Of a DNA stretch of 64,000 bases, positions 1 through 9,316 are shown one piece after another. Position numbers and translations under genes: made by a program. Below the pieces are notes generated by a model. It was not told the DNA's origin. It ran no database searches and saw nothing but the letters and a program-made list of their open reading frames with translations. The stretch is from contig JBCCLJ010000008.1 in the NCBI GenBank assembly GCA_039026915.1, positions 102 to 64,101 on the forward strand, written 5' to 3'. The number at the start of each line of letters is the position of its first letter. Position 1 is the first letter of the stretch. The DNA is from Acidobacteriota bacterium (GTDB taxonomy: Bacteria; Acidobacteriota; Thermoanaerobaculia; Multivoradales; Multivoraceae).

Positions 1-125
1 AGCGTCGACAGAAAGCTGCTGTCTTCGCCGACCTCGCTGTCGAGGAATTCGCGACGGTCCTCAGGGGTCAGCTCGCGCGCGCGGTCGATCAATTCCCGCG
101 CCGTGGCCTGATCTGTCCTGTTCAT
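1..125 (-). CDS. 5' end of a gene running off the window; N-terminus resembles the helical leader of acidobacterial/planctomycete Ser/Thr protein kinases
   Basis: ATG at 125, open to window edge: MNRTDQATARELIDRARELTPEDRREFLDSEVGEDSSFLST, similar to the 'A-L-E-L-P-P-E-E-R-x-x-F-L-D-x-x-x-G-x-D' kinase leader pattern; no catalytic domain visible. Confidence 0.45.
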   Translation of the reverse strand, partial: MNRTDQATARELIDRARELTPEDRREFLDSEVGEDSSFLST

Positions 126-192
126 GAAACAGCCCGGACGATACCAGCGTCGCGGCATCGGTTGGGCCTTTGTTCGGTTCGTGCGGGCAAAC

Positions 193-222
193 AAAAAAGG
201 GCCTCCCGAAGGAGACCCTTTC
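193..222 (-). terminator. Rho-independent terminator downstream of the TonB-dependent receptor gene
   Basis: Minus strand AAAGGGTCTCC-TTCG-GGAGGCCC-TTTTTT: GC stem, UUCG tetraloop, U6 tract. Confidence 0.85.
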
Positions 223-315
223 TCTTGTGCGCCTCGGCTAGCCGTGTGCTTTCTCAGAGTTTTGGCCCTGAGAAAGCCACAGCTAGGCGAGCTTCAGCCG
301 AAGGCTGAATCTCGA

Positions 316-3300
316 CTAGAAGCTGAGGCGGACGCCGTACTCGATCTGGCGCTGCTGCGTGAGCAGATTGTTCGGAATGCCGAACTCCGGGTTCACCGCG
401 CCGCTCGAGAGCGTCGGGTCGGTCTGCGAACCGCCGACCGTGAAAGCGTTCTCGTCGAAGAGGTTGAACGCCTGCAGGTAGAAGTCGGCCTGGTAGTTCT
501 CCCCGAAGGTGAAGAACTTCGAGAAGCGCAGATCGACGGTGGTGACGTCCTCGTTCGTGAACTGGTTTCGCTGGGTCAGCTGACCGTTGATGACGGCGAG
601 AGCGTCGTCACCGAAGAAACCGTTGCCGAACGGGTAGTTGTGCACGTCGACCGACTGCTCCTGTGCGGAGAACGGCGTGCCGTCGCGATACTCGAAGACA
701 CCCGAGACCTTGATCTCCCAGGGCAGCTCGTACACGGCGGTCACGACGAAACGGTTCTCGACGTTGCGGTCCGACAGGCCCCAGTCGTAGCCAGGGTTGG
801 TGATGTCGGTGATCGTGACGCCGGTGGCCGAGCGCTCGTTGGAGTCGTCGTCCTCGTCCTCGGACCACGTGTAGTGGGCGTCGAGCGAGAAGCCGTTCGA
901 GTAGCGCTTGCGAACCGCGAACGTCAGGGCTTTGTACTCCGAGTTGCCGATGGAACGACGAACCAGGATCTGGTTGATGATCGTGTCCTCGAGACCCAGC
1001 GCCGCGGCACCCGGGCGGGCGTCGGCGTAGATCGGGCGGCCGAACTCGTCGTAGCGCTCGATCTGGCGGTTGATGTCGACGTTGCGCTGAAGGTTGTCAC
1101 CCTCGGCGTAGATGGCGTCGACCTTGGCCGTCCAGTCGGAGCTGAGCGTGCGCTCGTAGCCGACGTTGACGCGAACCGTCTCGGCCAGCTCCCAGTCCGG
1201 GTCGACGAAGGAGCTCGAAGGCACCGTTGCAGCCGGCGGGTTCTGGTTCGGAATCTGCTGTCCCAGCGGAACGAAGCCGGTCTGGCCCGGGCTGACCGTG
1301 ATGCGGCCGAAGTTCGGGAAGATACCGTTCTCCTGGATCTGGCTGGCAAACAGCAGCGTCGCGGTACGGCCGAAGAAGAGGCCGGCGCCGGCGCGGAAGA
1401 CGTCAGTGCCGTTCGGGCTCCAAGCGAGGCCGACGCGAGGGCCGATGTTGTCCGTGTCGTCCGGAATGCTGCGACCGTCGCCGAAGACGTGGTCGAGGTT
1501 GTCCGGGTTGTACTCGGCCTCGTAGCGGATGCCGTAGTTGAGGGTCAGGTCGCCCGTCTTCCAGGTGTCCTGGGCGTAGATGCCGAGTGACTCCTGCGCC
1601 TCGTCGTAGTTCGGGAACTGGACGTTACCGAAGTAGATGCGAGCGCGGCCGGCATCGTTGTTGAGGAAATCCTCGACCGAGAAGAAGTCGTAGCGACCGT
1701 CGCGCGAGCCCGCGAAGAGCTGCTTGAGGTCGTCGTCGGAGTAGTCGACGCCGAACTTCATGTCGTGCGCTCCGAAGAGGTACGAGAAGTCGTTGCGGAG
1801 CTGCGTCTGCGTCTCTTCGACGAAGATCGGCAGGAAGTCGAACTTGCCGACCGAGGCGAAGACGCCCGGCAGCAGGAAGCGAACCTGCGCTTCGATCGGC
1901 TGACCGACGCGCTGCGACAGACGGTCGAGGTCGTCCGTTGCGTACTGGAAGCGGAACTCGTTGACGGCGTTGGCGCCGATGATCGATGTCCAGGAACCGA
2001 TCGCGGAGAGCGTCTCCTCGACCTTCAGCGACTCTTCGTCGAGGAACCCGGAGGTGCGCTCGTAGTCGGTGAAGTTGAGGCGAAGAGAAGCCTGCTGGGT
2101 GTCGGTGAACTGCTGGTCGATCTTGCCGAAGAGAATCGTGTTGTCGACCGAGCGCACGAAGTTGCCCTGAGCGGTGCCGTCAGCGCGACGCTCGAAGCCG
2201 TCGACGAGAGCGGCGAAGTCCGGCTCGTTCTGAGCGCGGAGGAGGATGGCGTCGTAGGCGCTGAGGCAGTTCAGCGAGCCGGAAGCGCCGCAGCCGTCCC
2301 AGTCGGTCTCGACGCTGATCGTGCGCGAGAAGGGCTCGTCGCGACCGACGAAGTCACCCGCGAGGAAGAAGTGCGTCTTGTCCTGCTTGATCGGACCGCC
2401 GAGCGAGAGGCCCCAGTCGAGGCGCTCGAACTCGTCGACCGGCGCGGAGCCGTCGACGCCGCGGAAGTCGTCCAGCGGTGACGAAGGCAGGTCGGCGGCG
2501 CCGGCGTCGTCGCGGTACTGCGCGAAGACGCTGCCCTGGAAGGCGTTGGTGCCGGACTTGGTCACGACGTTGATCGAGCCACCGCCGGAACGACCGAACT
2601 CGGGCGAGAACTCGTTGACCACGATCTTGAACTCCTGCACGGAGTCCTGCGCGATGATCAGGCCGTCGTTCTCCGTCGCCTCACCGCCGCGGCCGTAGCC
2701 GAAGAAAGTGGACTTGTTGTTCGCGCCGTCGACGTTGAGATCGGTGTAGATGCCGCGCTGGCCGCTCATCGTCAGGAAGCCGCGACTGCGGTCGACCAGC
2801 ACCGTCGGGGTCAGGGTCGCGAAGGTGGTGAAGTCGCGGCCGTTGATCGGCAGGTTGTCGATGGCGACTTCGTCGACGTAGTTGGCGGCGGAGGTGCGGG
2901 AGACCTCGATGAGAGGGGTCTCTGCGGTGACCGTGATGACCTCGGTGGTCGACTCGACCTGCATCTGCAGGTTGATGTCTTTGACCTGCCGCGTGAGGAT
3001 CTGGATGTTCTCCTGACGAATCGTCTGAAGGCCCTCGAGCGATGCCACGACCTCGTAGACGCCGGGGCGCAGAGCCTTGGCGTTGTAAGCACCGCTGGCA
3101 TTGGTGATCACCGTACGGCCGATGCCAGTGTCCTGGTTCTTGACGGTGACGGTGACGCCGGGGAGCGGGCTACCGCTGGCGTCGGTAATGGTGCCCTGGA
3201 TCTCTCCCGTCACCACCTGGGCAGCGGCAGGTGCGGAGACCAGCAGCAGCGCGGCGGTGAGCAGGCAGAACACGCCAGGAGCGAACGAAAAGCGCTTCAT
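316..3300 (-). CDS. TonB-dependent outer-membrane receptor (Oar type, N-terminal carboxypeptidase-regulatory-like domain)
   Basis: Signal peptide MKRFSF..AAAQ; 'G-I-x-G-T-I-T-D-x-S-G-x-x-L-P-G-V-T-V'; plug motifs LPINGRDF and EFGRSGGG-x-INVVTKSGTN-x-F-x-G; C-terminal 'RQIEYGVRLSF'; GAGAGG RBS before ATG 3300. Confidence 0.93.
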   Translation of the reverse strand: MKRFSFAPGVFCLLTAALLLVSAPAAAQVVTGEIQGTITDASGSPLPGVTVTVKNQDTGIGRTVITNASGAYNAKALRPGVYEVVASLEGLQTIRQENIQILTRQVKDINLQMQVESTTEVITVTAETPLIEVSRTSAANYVDEVAIDNLPINGRDFTTFATLTPTVLVDRSRGFLTMSGQRGIYTDLNVDGANNKSTFFGYGRGGEATENDGLIIAQDSVQEFKIVVNEFSPEFGRSGGGSINVVTKSGTNAFQGSVFAQYRDDAGAADLPSSPLDDFRGVDGSAPVDEFERLDWGLSLGGPIKQDKTHFFLAGDFVGRDEPFSRTISVETDWDGCGASGSLNCLSAYDAILLRAQNEPDFAALVDGFERRADGTAQGNFVRSVDNTILFGKIDQQFTDTQQASLRLNFTDYERTSGFLDEESLKVEETLSAIGSWTSIIGANAVNEFRFQYATDDLDRLSQRVGQPIEAQVRFLLPGVFASVGKFDFLPIFVEETQTQLRNDFSYLFGAHDMKFGVDYSDDDLKQLFAGSRDGRYDFFSVEDFLNNDAGRARIYFGNVQFPNYDEAQESLGIYAQDTWKTGDLTLNYGIRYEAEYNPDNLDHVFGDGRSIPDDTDNIGPRVGLAWSPNGTDVFRAGAGLFFGRTATLLFASQIQENGIFPNFGRITVSPGQTGFVPLGQQIPNQNPPAATVPSSSFVDPDWELAETVRVNVGYERTLSSDWTAKVDAIYAEGDNLQRNVDINRQIERYDEFGRPIYADARPGAAALGLEDTIINQILVRRSIGNSEYKALTFAVRKRYSNGFSLDAHYTWSEDEDDDSNERSATGVTITDITNPGYDWGLSDRNVENRFVVTAVYELPWEIKVSGVFEYRDGTPFSAQEQSVDVHNYPFGNGFFGDDALAVINGQLTQRNQFTNEDVTTVDLRFSKFFTFGENYQADFYLQAFNLFDENAFTVGGSQTDPTLSSGAVNPEFGIPNNLLTQQRQIEYGVRLSF

Positions 3301-3787
3301 GGAATTTCCTCTCTCACGATGAGCGTTCAAAGAGGGCTACGGGAGCCCCAAACGGGACGTCGACTCAGAAGTCGACAAGGGTGGCACGTGGTGCTCTGCG
3401 GCTCCGACCCCCAATGAATCGGCACTGCAAAGACCGTCGTTCTGTGACTTGCGAGGCAGCCTCGCGGATGTGTCTTGAACGCAGCGTAAAGGCGTCGCGT
3501 CGGCTTTGTAAAGACGGCTTTTTGCACGGTTCGCACCAAATCCTCTAAGCCTTTTGGTGTCAGCAGGTTGGCCCTTTCAACAGACCGTCGAACCATCGTG
3601 AGGTCTACGAATTCTCGGGCTTTTTTCGGATCAGCGCGGAATCTCTTGAGGGTGAGCCGCACAAAATGCCGCTGCCTGAAATGAGCGGGAGGCCTCGGCG
3701 CGCGAGTCAGGCGTCAGGGGGCAGCTGGTCGGAGACGAGGACTCGTCGGGGGAGGCTGAGTCGACGCTGCCGCGACGAGGCTCCCGC

Positions 3788-5497
3788 TCAATTCTGTGCA
3801 GCGTCGACCAGGGTGCCGCTTCCTTCGACGAGGTGGTGCGCGGTTCCGGCGATGAGCCCGGCGAAGGTCTCGGACAGACCGGACGGCCAGTCGACGCGGA
3901 CTCGGTCGATCCGCGACGCTGCTGCGAGGCCGAACCAGACGGTCGGCGATCCCTGGGAGAGGTAACCGCTCGATCCCCGGGCCCAGCGAACCAACGTTCG
4001 CGCGCCGACGGTCGCCGTGAGCTTGGCACCCCAACCGTGCACGTTGCTCCGGCTTCCGCTCAGTCGAACCTGACAGGAGTTTCCCGCGGGGCCGTCGTTG
4101 CGCAGTATTCGCGCCGGGCCGTCGTTCTGTGTCACGACGAGGTCGAGGTCGCCGTCTCCGTCGAGGTCTCCCTGTGCGGTTCCGCGTCCGACGAAACGCC
4201 CGAGCGGTGCGAGGCTCTCGGAGACGTCACGGAAACGCCCCGTGCCGTCGTTTTGGAAGAGGAGGAGCGGCTGCGCGTGCGCACGCTCGCTGCTGAACTC
4301 AGTGATGTTGTCGATGATGTGTCCGTTGGTGACGAAGAGGTCGAGGTCACCGTCGTTGTCGAAGTCGATGGCCTCCACGCCGAACCCGACCCACGTCAGG
4401 GAGGGTGCACCGAGTCCCGCGCGCTCGCTGACGTCCTGCCAGAGCTGCGGCGCGATCTCGCGATAGAGGGTGTTGGTCTCCTGGTCGAGGTGGGTGAAGA
4501 AGAGCTCGGGACGGCCGTCGCCGTCGAAGTCCTCCTGGACGAGACCCATGCCTGCTTCGGGCGCTCCGTCGCCGCTCAGAGCGAGGCCCAGCTCGAGTGC
4601 GCTCTCTCGGTACGTCGGAGCGTCTTTCCGACCACCACCCTGGACGGTGGAGAGGTAGACGTGGTTCGGTGTGGAGTCGTTCGCCACGACGATGTCGGCG
4701 AGGCCGTCTTCGTCGAGATCGAGCAGACCGACGCCGAGTCCCTTGGCGTCCTTGCTCTCGGCCAGCCCCGCCGAGTCGGAGACGTCGACGAAGTTCAATC
4801 CGTTCGCCGACTCCGCACGATTCAGGAAGAGACGATCGGCGGCTCCCGGGTAGATGTCCGGGTGGCAGTAGGCGCGTGTCTTCGACTGCGCGTTGCCGCA
4901 CCAGACGTCCTTTTCGAGGTCGACGGTCAGATAGTTTGCGACGAAGAGATCGAGGTCCCCGTCGTTGTCGGCGTCGAAGAAGCCAGCGCCGGCGCCCCAC
5001 TCGGCGTTCTCCACGCCGGCCTCCGCGACGGCCTCGAAGCGCCCCTCACCGAGGTTGCGCAGAAGCACGTTCTCGCCGAAGTTCGTCACGAAGAGGTCGA
5101 GGTCTCCGTCGCGCTCGAGATCCGCCCACGCGACTCCCATGCCGACGCCTCGGTCGTCTGCACCGGAGCGCTCCGTGGCGTCGGCGAACCGGCCCGGCTC
5201 CTTCTGCAGGAAGAGCTGATTGCGCGACTCCATCGGCGGATCGTCCCGTCGCGGCAGCGGCGCTCCCTGGACGAAGTAGAGATCGAGTCGGCCGTCCCCG
5301 TCGAAGTCGGCGAGCGCGACGCCGGCGCCCATGTTCTCGGGCATGAACTTCTCGCCGGTACCGAAGTGTCGGTGACGGAAGGAGACGCCCCACTCCTCGG
5401 TGACGTCGGTGAAGATCTGAGCACGCGTCTGCGCCGGAGTGGCCAGACCACCGAGCAGCAGGGCGATCGCGAGCATCGACGTTCGCGGGAGGCTCAA
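3788..5497 (-). CDS. Secreted CRTAC1 / ASPIC-UnbV family protein with FG-GAP (VCBS) repeats
   Basis: Signal peptide; repeated DFDGDGxLDL(F/Y)V(T/A)N motifs; C-terminal 'SGSRSNVHGWGAK...GSSGYLSQ...WFGL...VRVDWPSG'; start could be ATG 5476. Confidence 0.9.
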   Translation of the reverse strand: MSLPRTSMLAIALLLGGLATPAQTRAQIFTDVTEEWGVSFRHRHFGTGEKFMPENMGAGVALADFDGDGRLDLYFVQGAPLPRRDDPPMESRNQLFLQKEPGRFADATERSGADDRGVGMGVAWADLERDGDLDLFVTNFGENVLLRNLGEGRFEAVAEAGVENAEWGAGAGFFDADNDGDLDLFVANYLTVDLEKDVWCGNAQSKTRAYCHPDIYPGAADRLFLNRAESANGLNFVDVSDSAGLAESKDAKGLGVGLLDLDEDGLADIVVANDSTPNHVYLSTVQGGGRKDAPTYRESALELGLALSGDGAPEAGMGLVQEDFDGDGRPELFFTHLDQETNTLYREIAPQLWQDVSERAGLGAPSLTWVGFGVEAIDFDNDGDLDLFVTNGHIIDNITEFSSERAHAQPLLLFQNDGTGRFRDVSESLAPLGRFVGRGTAQGDLDGDGDLDLVVTQNDGPARILRNDGPAGNSCQVRLSGSRSNVHGWGAKLTATVGARTLVRWARGSSGYLSQGSPTVWFGLAAASRIDRVRVDWPSGLSETFAGLIAGTAHHLVEGSGTLVDAAQN

Positions 5498-5498
5498 G

Positions 5499-6803
5499 TC
5501 AGCCCTTTCCGGCGCGGGCCCGAGCCTCTCTCGACAGGCGCCACTGCTCGGCGCTCTCGGCGCCGCGTCCGAGCTGGCTCAGCACCTGTGCGTACGCAGC
5601 GTGCACGTCTCCGGTCGACAGGCCGACGTCGATCGCCGTCTGGAGATGCTGTGCCGCGTCGTCGAAGCGCTGCTGCTGGAGAGCGATGCCGCCCAGCAGC
5701 GCGTGCGCCTCGCCGAGGCGGGGCTCGAGAGTGATCGCTGCCTTCAGCGCACCGACCGCGCCGCCGAAGTCTCCGGTGCTGCGGCGGAACGCGCCGGCGA
5801 GATAGTGGTACTCGACGCGCTGAGGTGCGGCGTCGCGCGCTCGATCGATCGCTTCGAGCGCTGCGGCGATGCGCTCCATGGAGAAGAGGATCTTCGCCTT
5901 GAGTGCCCAGGCACGGTCGGAATCGGGGGCCTGTTGGAGGGCGCGCTCGACTTCGCGGAGTGCTGCGTCGAGCTGGTTCGACGAAGCGAGCTCCTGCGCG
6001 CGGTTGAGCGTCGTGCCGTGCTCTCGCGCCTGCGCCTCGGCTTGTTCGTCGGCGGAGCGCAGGACTCGAGAGCGAGCCATGGCTTCTTCGGCCTCGGCCT
6101 CGCGTCCGGCGAGCCGCAGTGCGGTCGCTCGTCGAAAGGCGACGGCGGGAACATCGGGGTGACTCGCGGAAGCGGCGTTCAAGAGCTCGACCGCTTCGTC
6201 GAACGCGCCGCGCTCGATCGCCAGCTCGCCGAGCGTCAGGCGTACGGCAACGGGGCCGTCGGCCTCGAGCTCCAGCGCTCGGCGCAACGGTGCCTCAGCT
6301 TCGTCCCTGAGCTCCGGATCGGCGGCAAGGGCAAGGCCGAGCGCTTGCAGCAGCTCCGGCGCTTCGCCGACGCGTTCGATCGCCTCCTGGGCCGTCGCCG
6401 CTGCTCGAGCGGCGAGACCGCGGCGCAGCTGGAGTCCTGCCTTCTCGGCGAGCAGGGGCACCGCGTCGGGCGCGCGCTCCAGACCGTCTCGAACGAGATC
6501 GAGAGCGCTCTGCTCTTCGCCCGCGTCCCGCAGCAGGAGGGCCGGGAGCAGGTAGGCCTCGATGAGGTCGGGCGCACGCCTGCGAGCCTCGGCGTAGGCC
6601 AGCAGGGCCTGGTCGGTGGCTCCGAGCCGGCTCAGAGCGCGCCCCAGCGCGACGGCGGGGGCAGGGGAAGCGGGATCCGCAGCCAGCGCTTGCCGTGCCG
6701 ACTCGATCTCGGTGACCGCCTGCGGCTTCGCGCTCGCAACGTCAGCGCAGAGGAGGCTGAGGAAGGCCGGCAGAGCGAAGAGGATGCGGGAGAGATTCGA
6801 CAT
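5499..6803 (-). CDS. Exported tetratricopeptide-repeat protein
   Basis: Signal peptide; repeated helical units ending in '..ALxxxP'; abuts the CRTAC1 gene. Confidence 0.8.
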   Translation of the reverse strand: MSNLSRILFALPAFLSLLCADVASAKPQAVTEIESARQALAADPASPAPAVALGRALSRLGATDQALLAYAEARRRAPDLIEAYLLPALLLRDAGEEQSALDLVRDGLERAPDAVPLLAEKAGLQLRRGLAARAAATAQEAIERVGEAPELLQALGLALAADPELRDEAEAPLRRALELEADGPVAVRLTLGELAIERGAFDEAVELLNAASASHPDVPAVAFRRATALRLAGREAEAEEAMARSRVLRSADEQAEAQAREHGTTLNRAQELASSNQLDAALREVERALQQAPDSDRAWALKAKILFSMERIAAALEAIDRARDAAPQRVEYHYLAGAFRRSTGDFGGAVGALKAAITLEPRLGEAHALLGGIALQQQRFDDAAQHLQTAIDVGLSTGDVHAAYAQVLSQLGRGAESAEQWRLSREARARAGKG

Positions 6804-6928
6804 GAAGGGACCTGAAGAAAAGAGCGATCAACAACGAGCCCATTCTACGAGCAGTGGGAGCTCGCAGGGCGAGCTTCCAGCTCCGCCGGCTCCGAACCTC
6901 GACGTTGGCAGGCCGTGGCCAGCAGCCT

Positions 6929-8035
6929 TCAGACTCCGTGACGCAGAGGCAGATGCCCCGACCGCTCGATCTCCTGCTCTCCGGCGGCGGTCAACTGCAC
7001 CTTCGCGCCGTCCCGCGAGACCCAACCGCGATGCTCGAGGTCGTCGACGAGACGTCCCAGCCGTCGCGGACGCCAGGAGAAGCGTTGGCCGAGAAGATCG
7101 AGTGACGTGCTCTCGCTGTCTCGTCCCAGATGCAGAAGCACCATCCGGCCGGCCACCGACTCCAGGACGCGTCGGCGTCGCAGGCGCTTGGCGAGCAGCC
7201 CGTGCTGCGGTGAGACGATGAAGACCAGCCCGAAGAGCAGTCCGGCCGCGGTGGCCATGGCGCCCGCGATCGAAGCGTCGAGCCAGCGTGCGCCGGCGTA
7301 GCCGAGGATCGCCGAGAGCGCTCCGAAACCTGTGGCGAGCGCGAGCATCATCTCGAGCCGGTCGGTCAGCAGGTAGGCCGTCGCCGGCGGCACGATCAGC
7401 ATGGCGACGACCAGGATGGCGCCGACCGACTCGAACGCGCCGACCACGGTGATCGAGACCGCGGTCATCAGCGCGTAGTGCAGCACGACCGGCGAGAAGC
7501 CGAGGGCCGCGCTGAGCGCGCTGTCGAAGGTCGAGAGCTTGAGCTCCTTGAAGAGAAAGATCACGAGCGCGAGGTTGAGGAGGAGCGTCGCGCCGTTCGT
7601 CCACAGCGCCTTGGGCCCGAGGTTCACGTCGCCGAGCTGCAGCACGTCCCACGGTGCGTAGGCGATCTCGCCGTAGAGCACGCAGTCGAGATCGAGGTCG
7701 ACCTGGCCCGCGAGTCGACTGACGAGAAGCACGCCGAGTGCGAAGAGTGCGGGGAAGACGACGCCGATCGAAGCGTCCGCCTTGAGAAGTCTCGTACGGT
7801 GCGCCAACTCGACGAGGAGGACCGTCAACACACCGAGCGCTCCGGCGCCGATCAGCATCGGTACCGGGCTCCTCGATCCGCTGATCAGAAAGGCGATGAC
7901 GATGCCGGGCAGAACCGCGTGACTGATCGCGTCGCCGAGCAGCGCCATCTTGCGCAGAACGAGAAAGCTGCCGACGAGGGCGCAGGATGCTGCGACGAGA
8001 ACCGCCACCAGCAGGATGACGAGCGTCGGACTCAT
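6929..8035 (-). CDS. troD: Mn/Zn/Fe ABC transporter permease (TroD/MntD-like) with C-terminal winged-helix-like extension
   Basis: ABC-3 motifs 'LRKMALLGDAISHAVLPG', 'FKELKLSTFD', 'VGAILVVAMLIVPPATA'; soluble tail 'LVDDLEHRGWVSRDGAKVQLTAAG'. Confidence 0.85.
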   Translation of the reverse strand: MSPTLVILLVAVLVAASCALVGSFLVLRKMALLGDAISHAVLPGIVIAFLISGSRSPVPMLIGAGALGVLTVLLVELAHRTRLLKADASIGVVFPALFALGVLLVSRLAGQVDLDLDCVLYGEIAYAPWDVLQLGDVNLGPKALWTNGATLLLNLALVIFLFKELKLSTFDSALSAALGFSPVVLHYALMTAVSITVVGAFESVGAILVVAMLIVPPATAYLLTDRLEMMLALATGFGALSAILGYAGARWLDASIAGAMATAAGLLFGLVFIVSPQHGLLAKRLRRRRVLESVAGRMVLLHLGRDSESTSLDLLGQRFSWRPRRLGRLVDDLEHRGWVSRDGAKVQLTAAGEQEIERSGHLPLRHGV

Positions 8036-9312
8036 GCTGCCTCTCCGGCGGGTCGAGGGATCATCTGCCCGTGCGGATCCGTCTCCGGGTGGCCGAGCAG
8101 CTGGTCGATACGCTCGACGAGGGCATCGTCGAGCACGTGCTCCATGTCTTCGGCGTCGCGGTGCACGTGGTCGTCCGGCAGCTCGAGGCGCTGGGTCAGG
8201 TAGAGCTCCCAGAGGCGGTGACGCCGCACGATGCTGCGTGCGACCCGGAGGCCGGCTCCGGTAAGCCTGGCTCCTCCCGCTGAAGAGTCGATCCAGCCCC
8301 GCTGCTTCGCCTGCTGCCGGGTGCGCGACATCGCACCCCCCGTCGCGCCGCGCTCACCCATGAGGTCGGGCCAGGAAACGAGCTGCGACCAGTCGTTGCC
8401 GTGGCGCTCTCCCCAACGGTAGAGATCCTTCAGCAGGTTTTCCCGTTGGATGCGACGGGTGACACGGCGGTGCGCAATCTGCGTCCACAGCAGCCCGCGC
8501 CCCGGCGCGAAGAGAAGAGACGCGACGAGGACGGCGCTCGACGCCAGGACGATCGCCGGCCCCGTCGGCACACGATCGACGCTGGCGCTGACGAGCGCGC
8601 CGAAGCTGCCGGACGCTCCACCGATGGCTCCCGAGAGGAGGAGCACGCCGCCGAAGCGGTCGGTCCACTGCCGGGCCGCCGCCGCGGGCGTGATCAACGT
8701 CGCGATGATCAGGACCACGCCGACGGTCTGCAGGCCGATGACCACGACGACGACGATGAGCAGGGTGAGGAGGATCTCGAGGCCGCGCACGTGAAAGCCC
8801 AGGCTCGCGGCGTACTCGCGATCGAAGGTGAGCACTTTGAACTCTTTGTAGAGCAGGAAGATGCAGAGCAGCGCCCCGCCACCGAGCACCGCCATGATCG
8901 CGATGTCGCGCGGCAGCAAGGTCGCCGCCTGGCCGAAGAGGAACTTGTCGAGGCCGCTCTGATTGCCGAAGGGCAGGCGCTGAATGTGGGTGAGCAGCAC
9001 GATGCCGAAGCCGAAAAAGACGGAGAGCACGATGCCGATCGCCGAGTCCTCGCTGACCCGCGAGCTGCGCACGACGCCGAGGATGAAGAGCGAGCCGAGA
9101 ACGCCGGCGACCATGGCGCCCAGAAGAAGGGGCGCCGGCGTCTTGCTGCCGGTGAGCAGGTAGCCCAGACAGACACCCGGCAGCGCTGTATGAGCGAGAG
9201 CGTCGCCGATGAGACTCTGCCTCCGCAGCAGCGCGAAGGCGCCGAGGATGCCACCGATGACGCCGAGGAGGCTGGCGCCGAGGAGGACGTTCTGTGCAGC
9301 GAACGAGAGCAC
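8032..9312 (-). CDS. troC: Mn/Zn/Fe ABC permease fused to a C-terminal DtxR/MntR-family metal-dependent repressor domain (YtgCR-like)
   Basis: ABC-3 motifs 'LRRQSLIGDALAHTALPG', 'YKEFKVLTFD'; tail 'RENLLKDLY...RLTGAG...RRHRLWELYL...HRDAEDMEHVL...LGHPETDPHGQMIP'. Confidence 0.88.
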   Translation of the reverse strand: MLSFAAQNVLLGASLLGVIGGILGAFALLRRQSLIGDALAHTALPGVCLGYLLTGSKTPAPLLLGAMVAGVLGSLFILGVVRSSRVSEDSAIGIVLSVFFGFGIVLLTHIQRLPFGNQSGLDKFLFGQAATLLPRDIAIMAVLGGGALLCIFLLYKEFKVLTFDREYAASLGFHVRGLEILLTLLIVVVVVIGLQTVGVVLIIATLITPAAAARQWTDRFGGVLLLSGAIGGASGSFGALVSASVDRVPTGPAIVLASSAVLVASLLFAPGRGLLWTQIAHRRVTRRIQRENLLKDLYRWGERHGNDWSQLVSWPDLMGERGATGGAMSRTRQQAKQRGWIDSSAGGARLTGAGLRVARSIVRRHRLWELYLTQRLELPDDHVHRDAEDMEHVLDDALVERIDQLLGHPETDPHGQMIPRPAGEAA

Positions 9313-9316
9313 GGCG

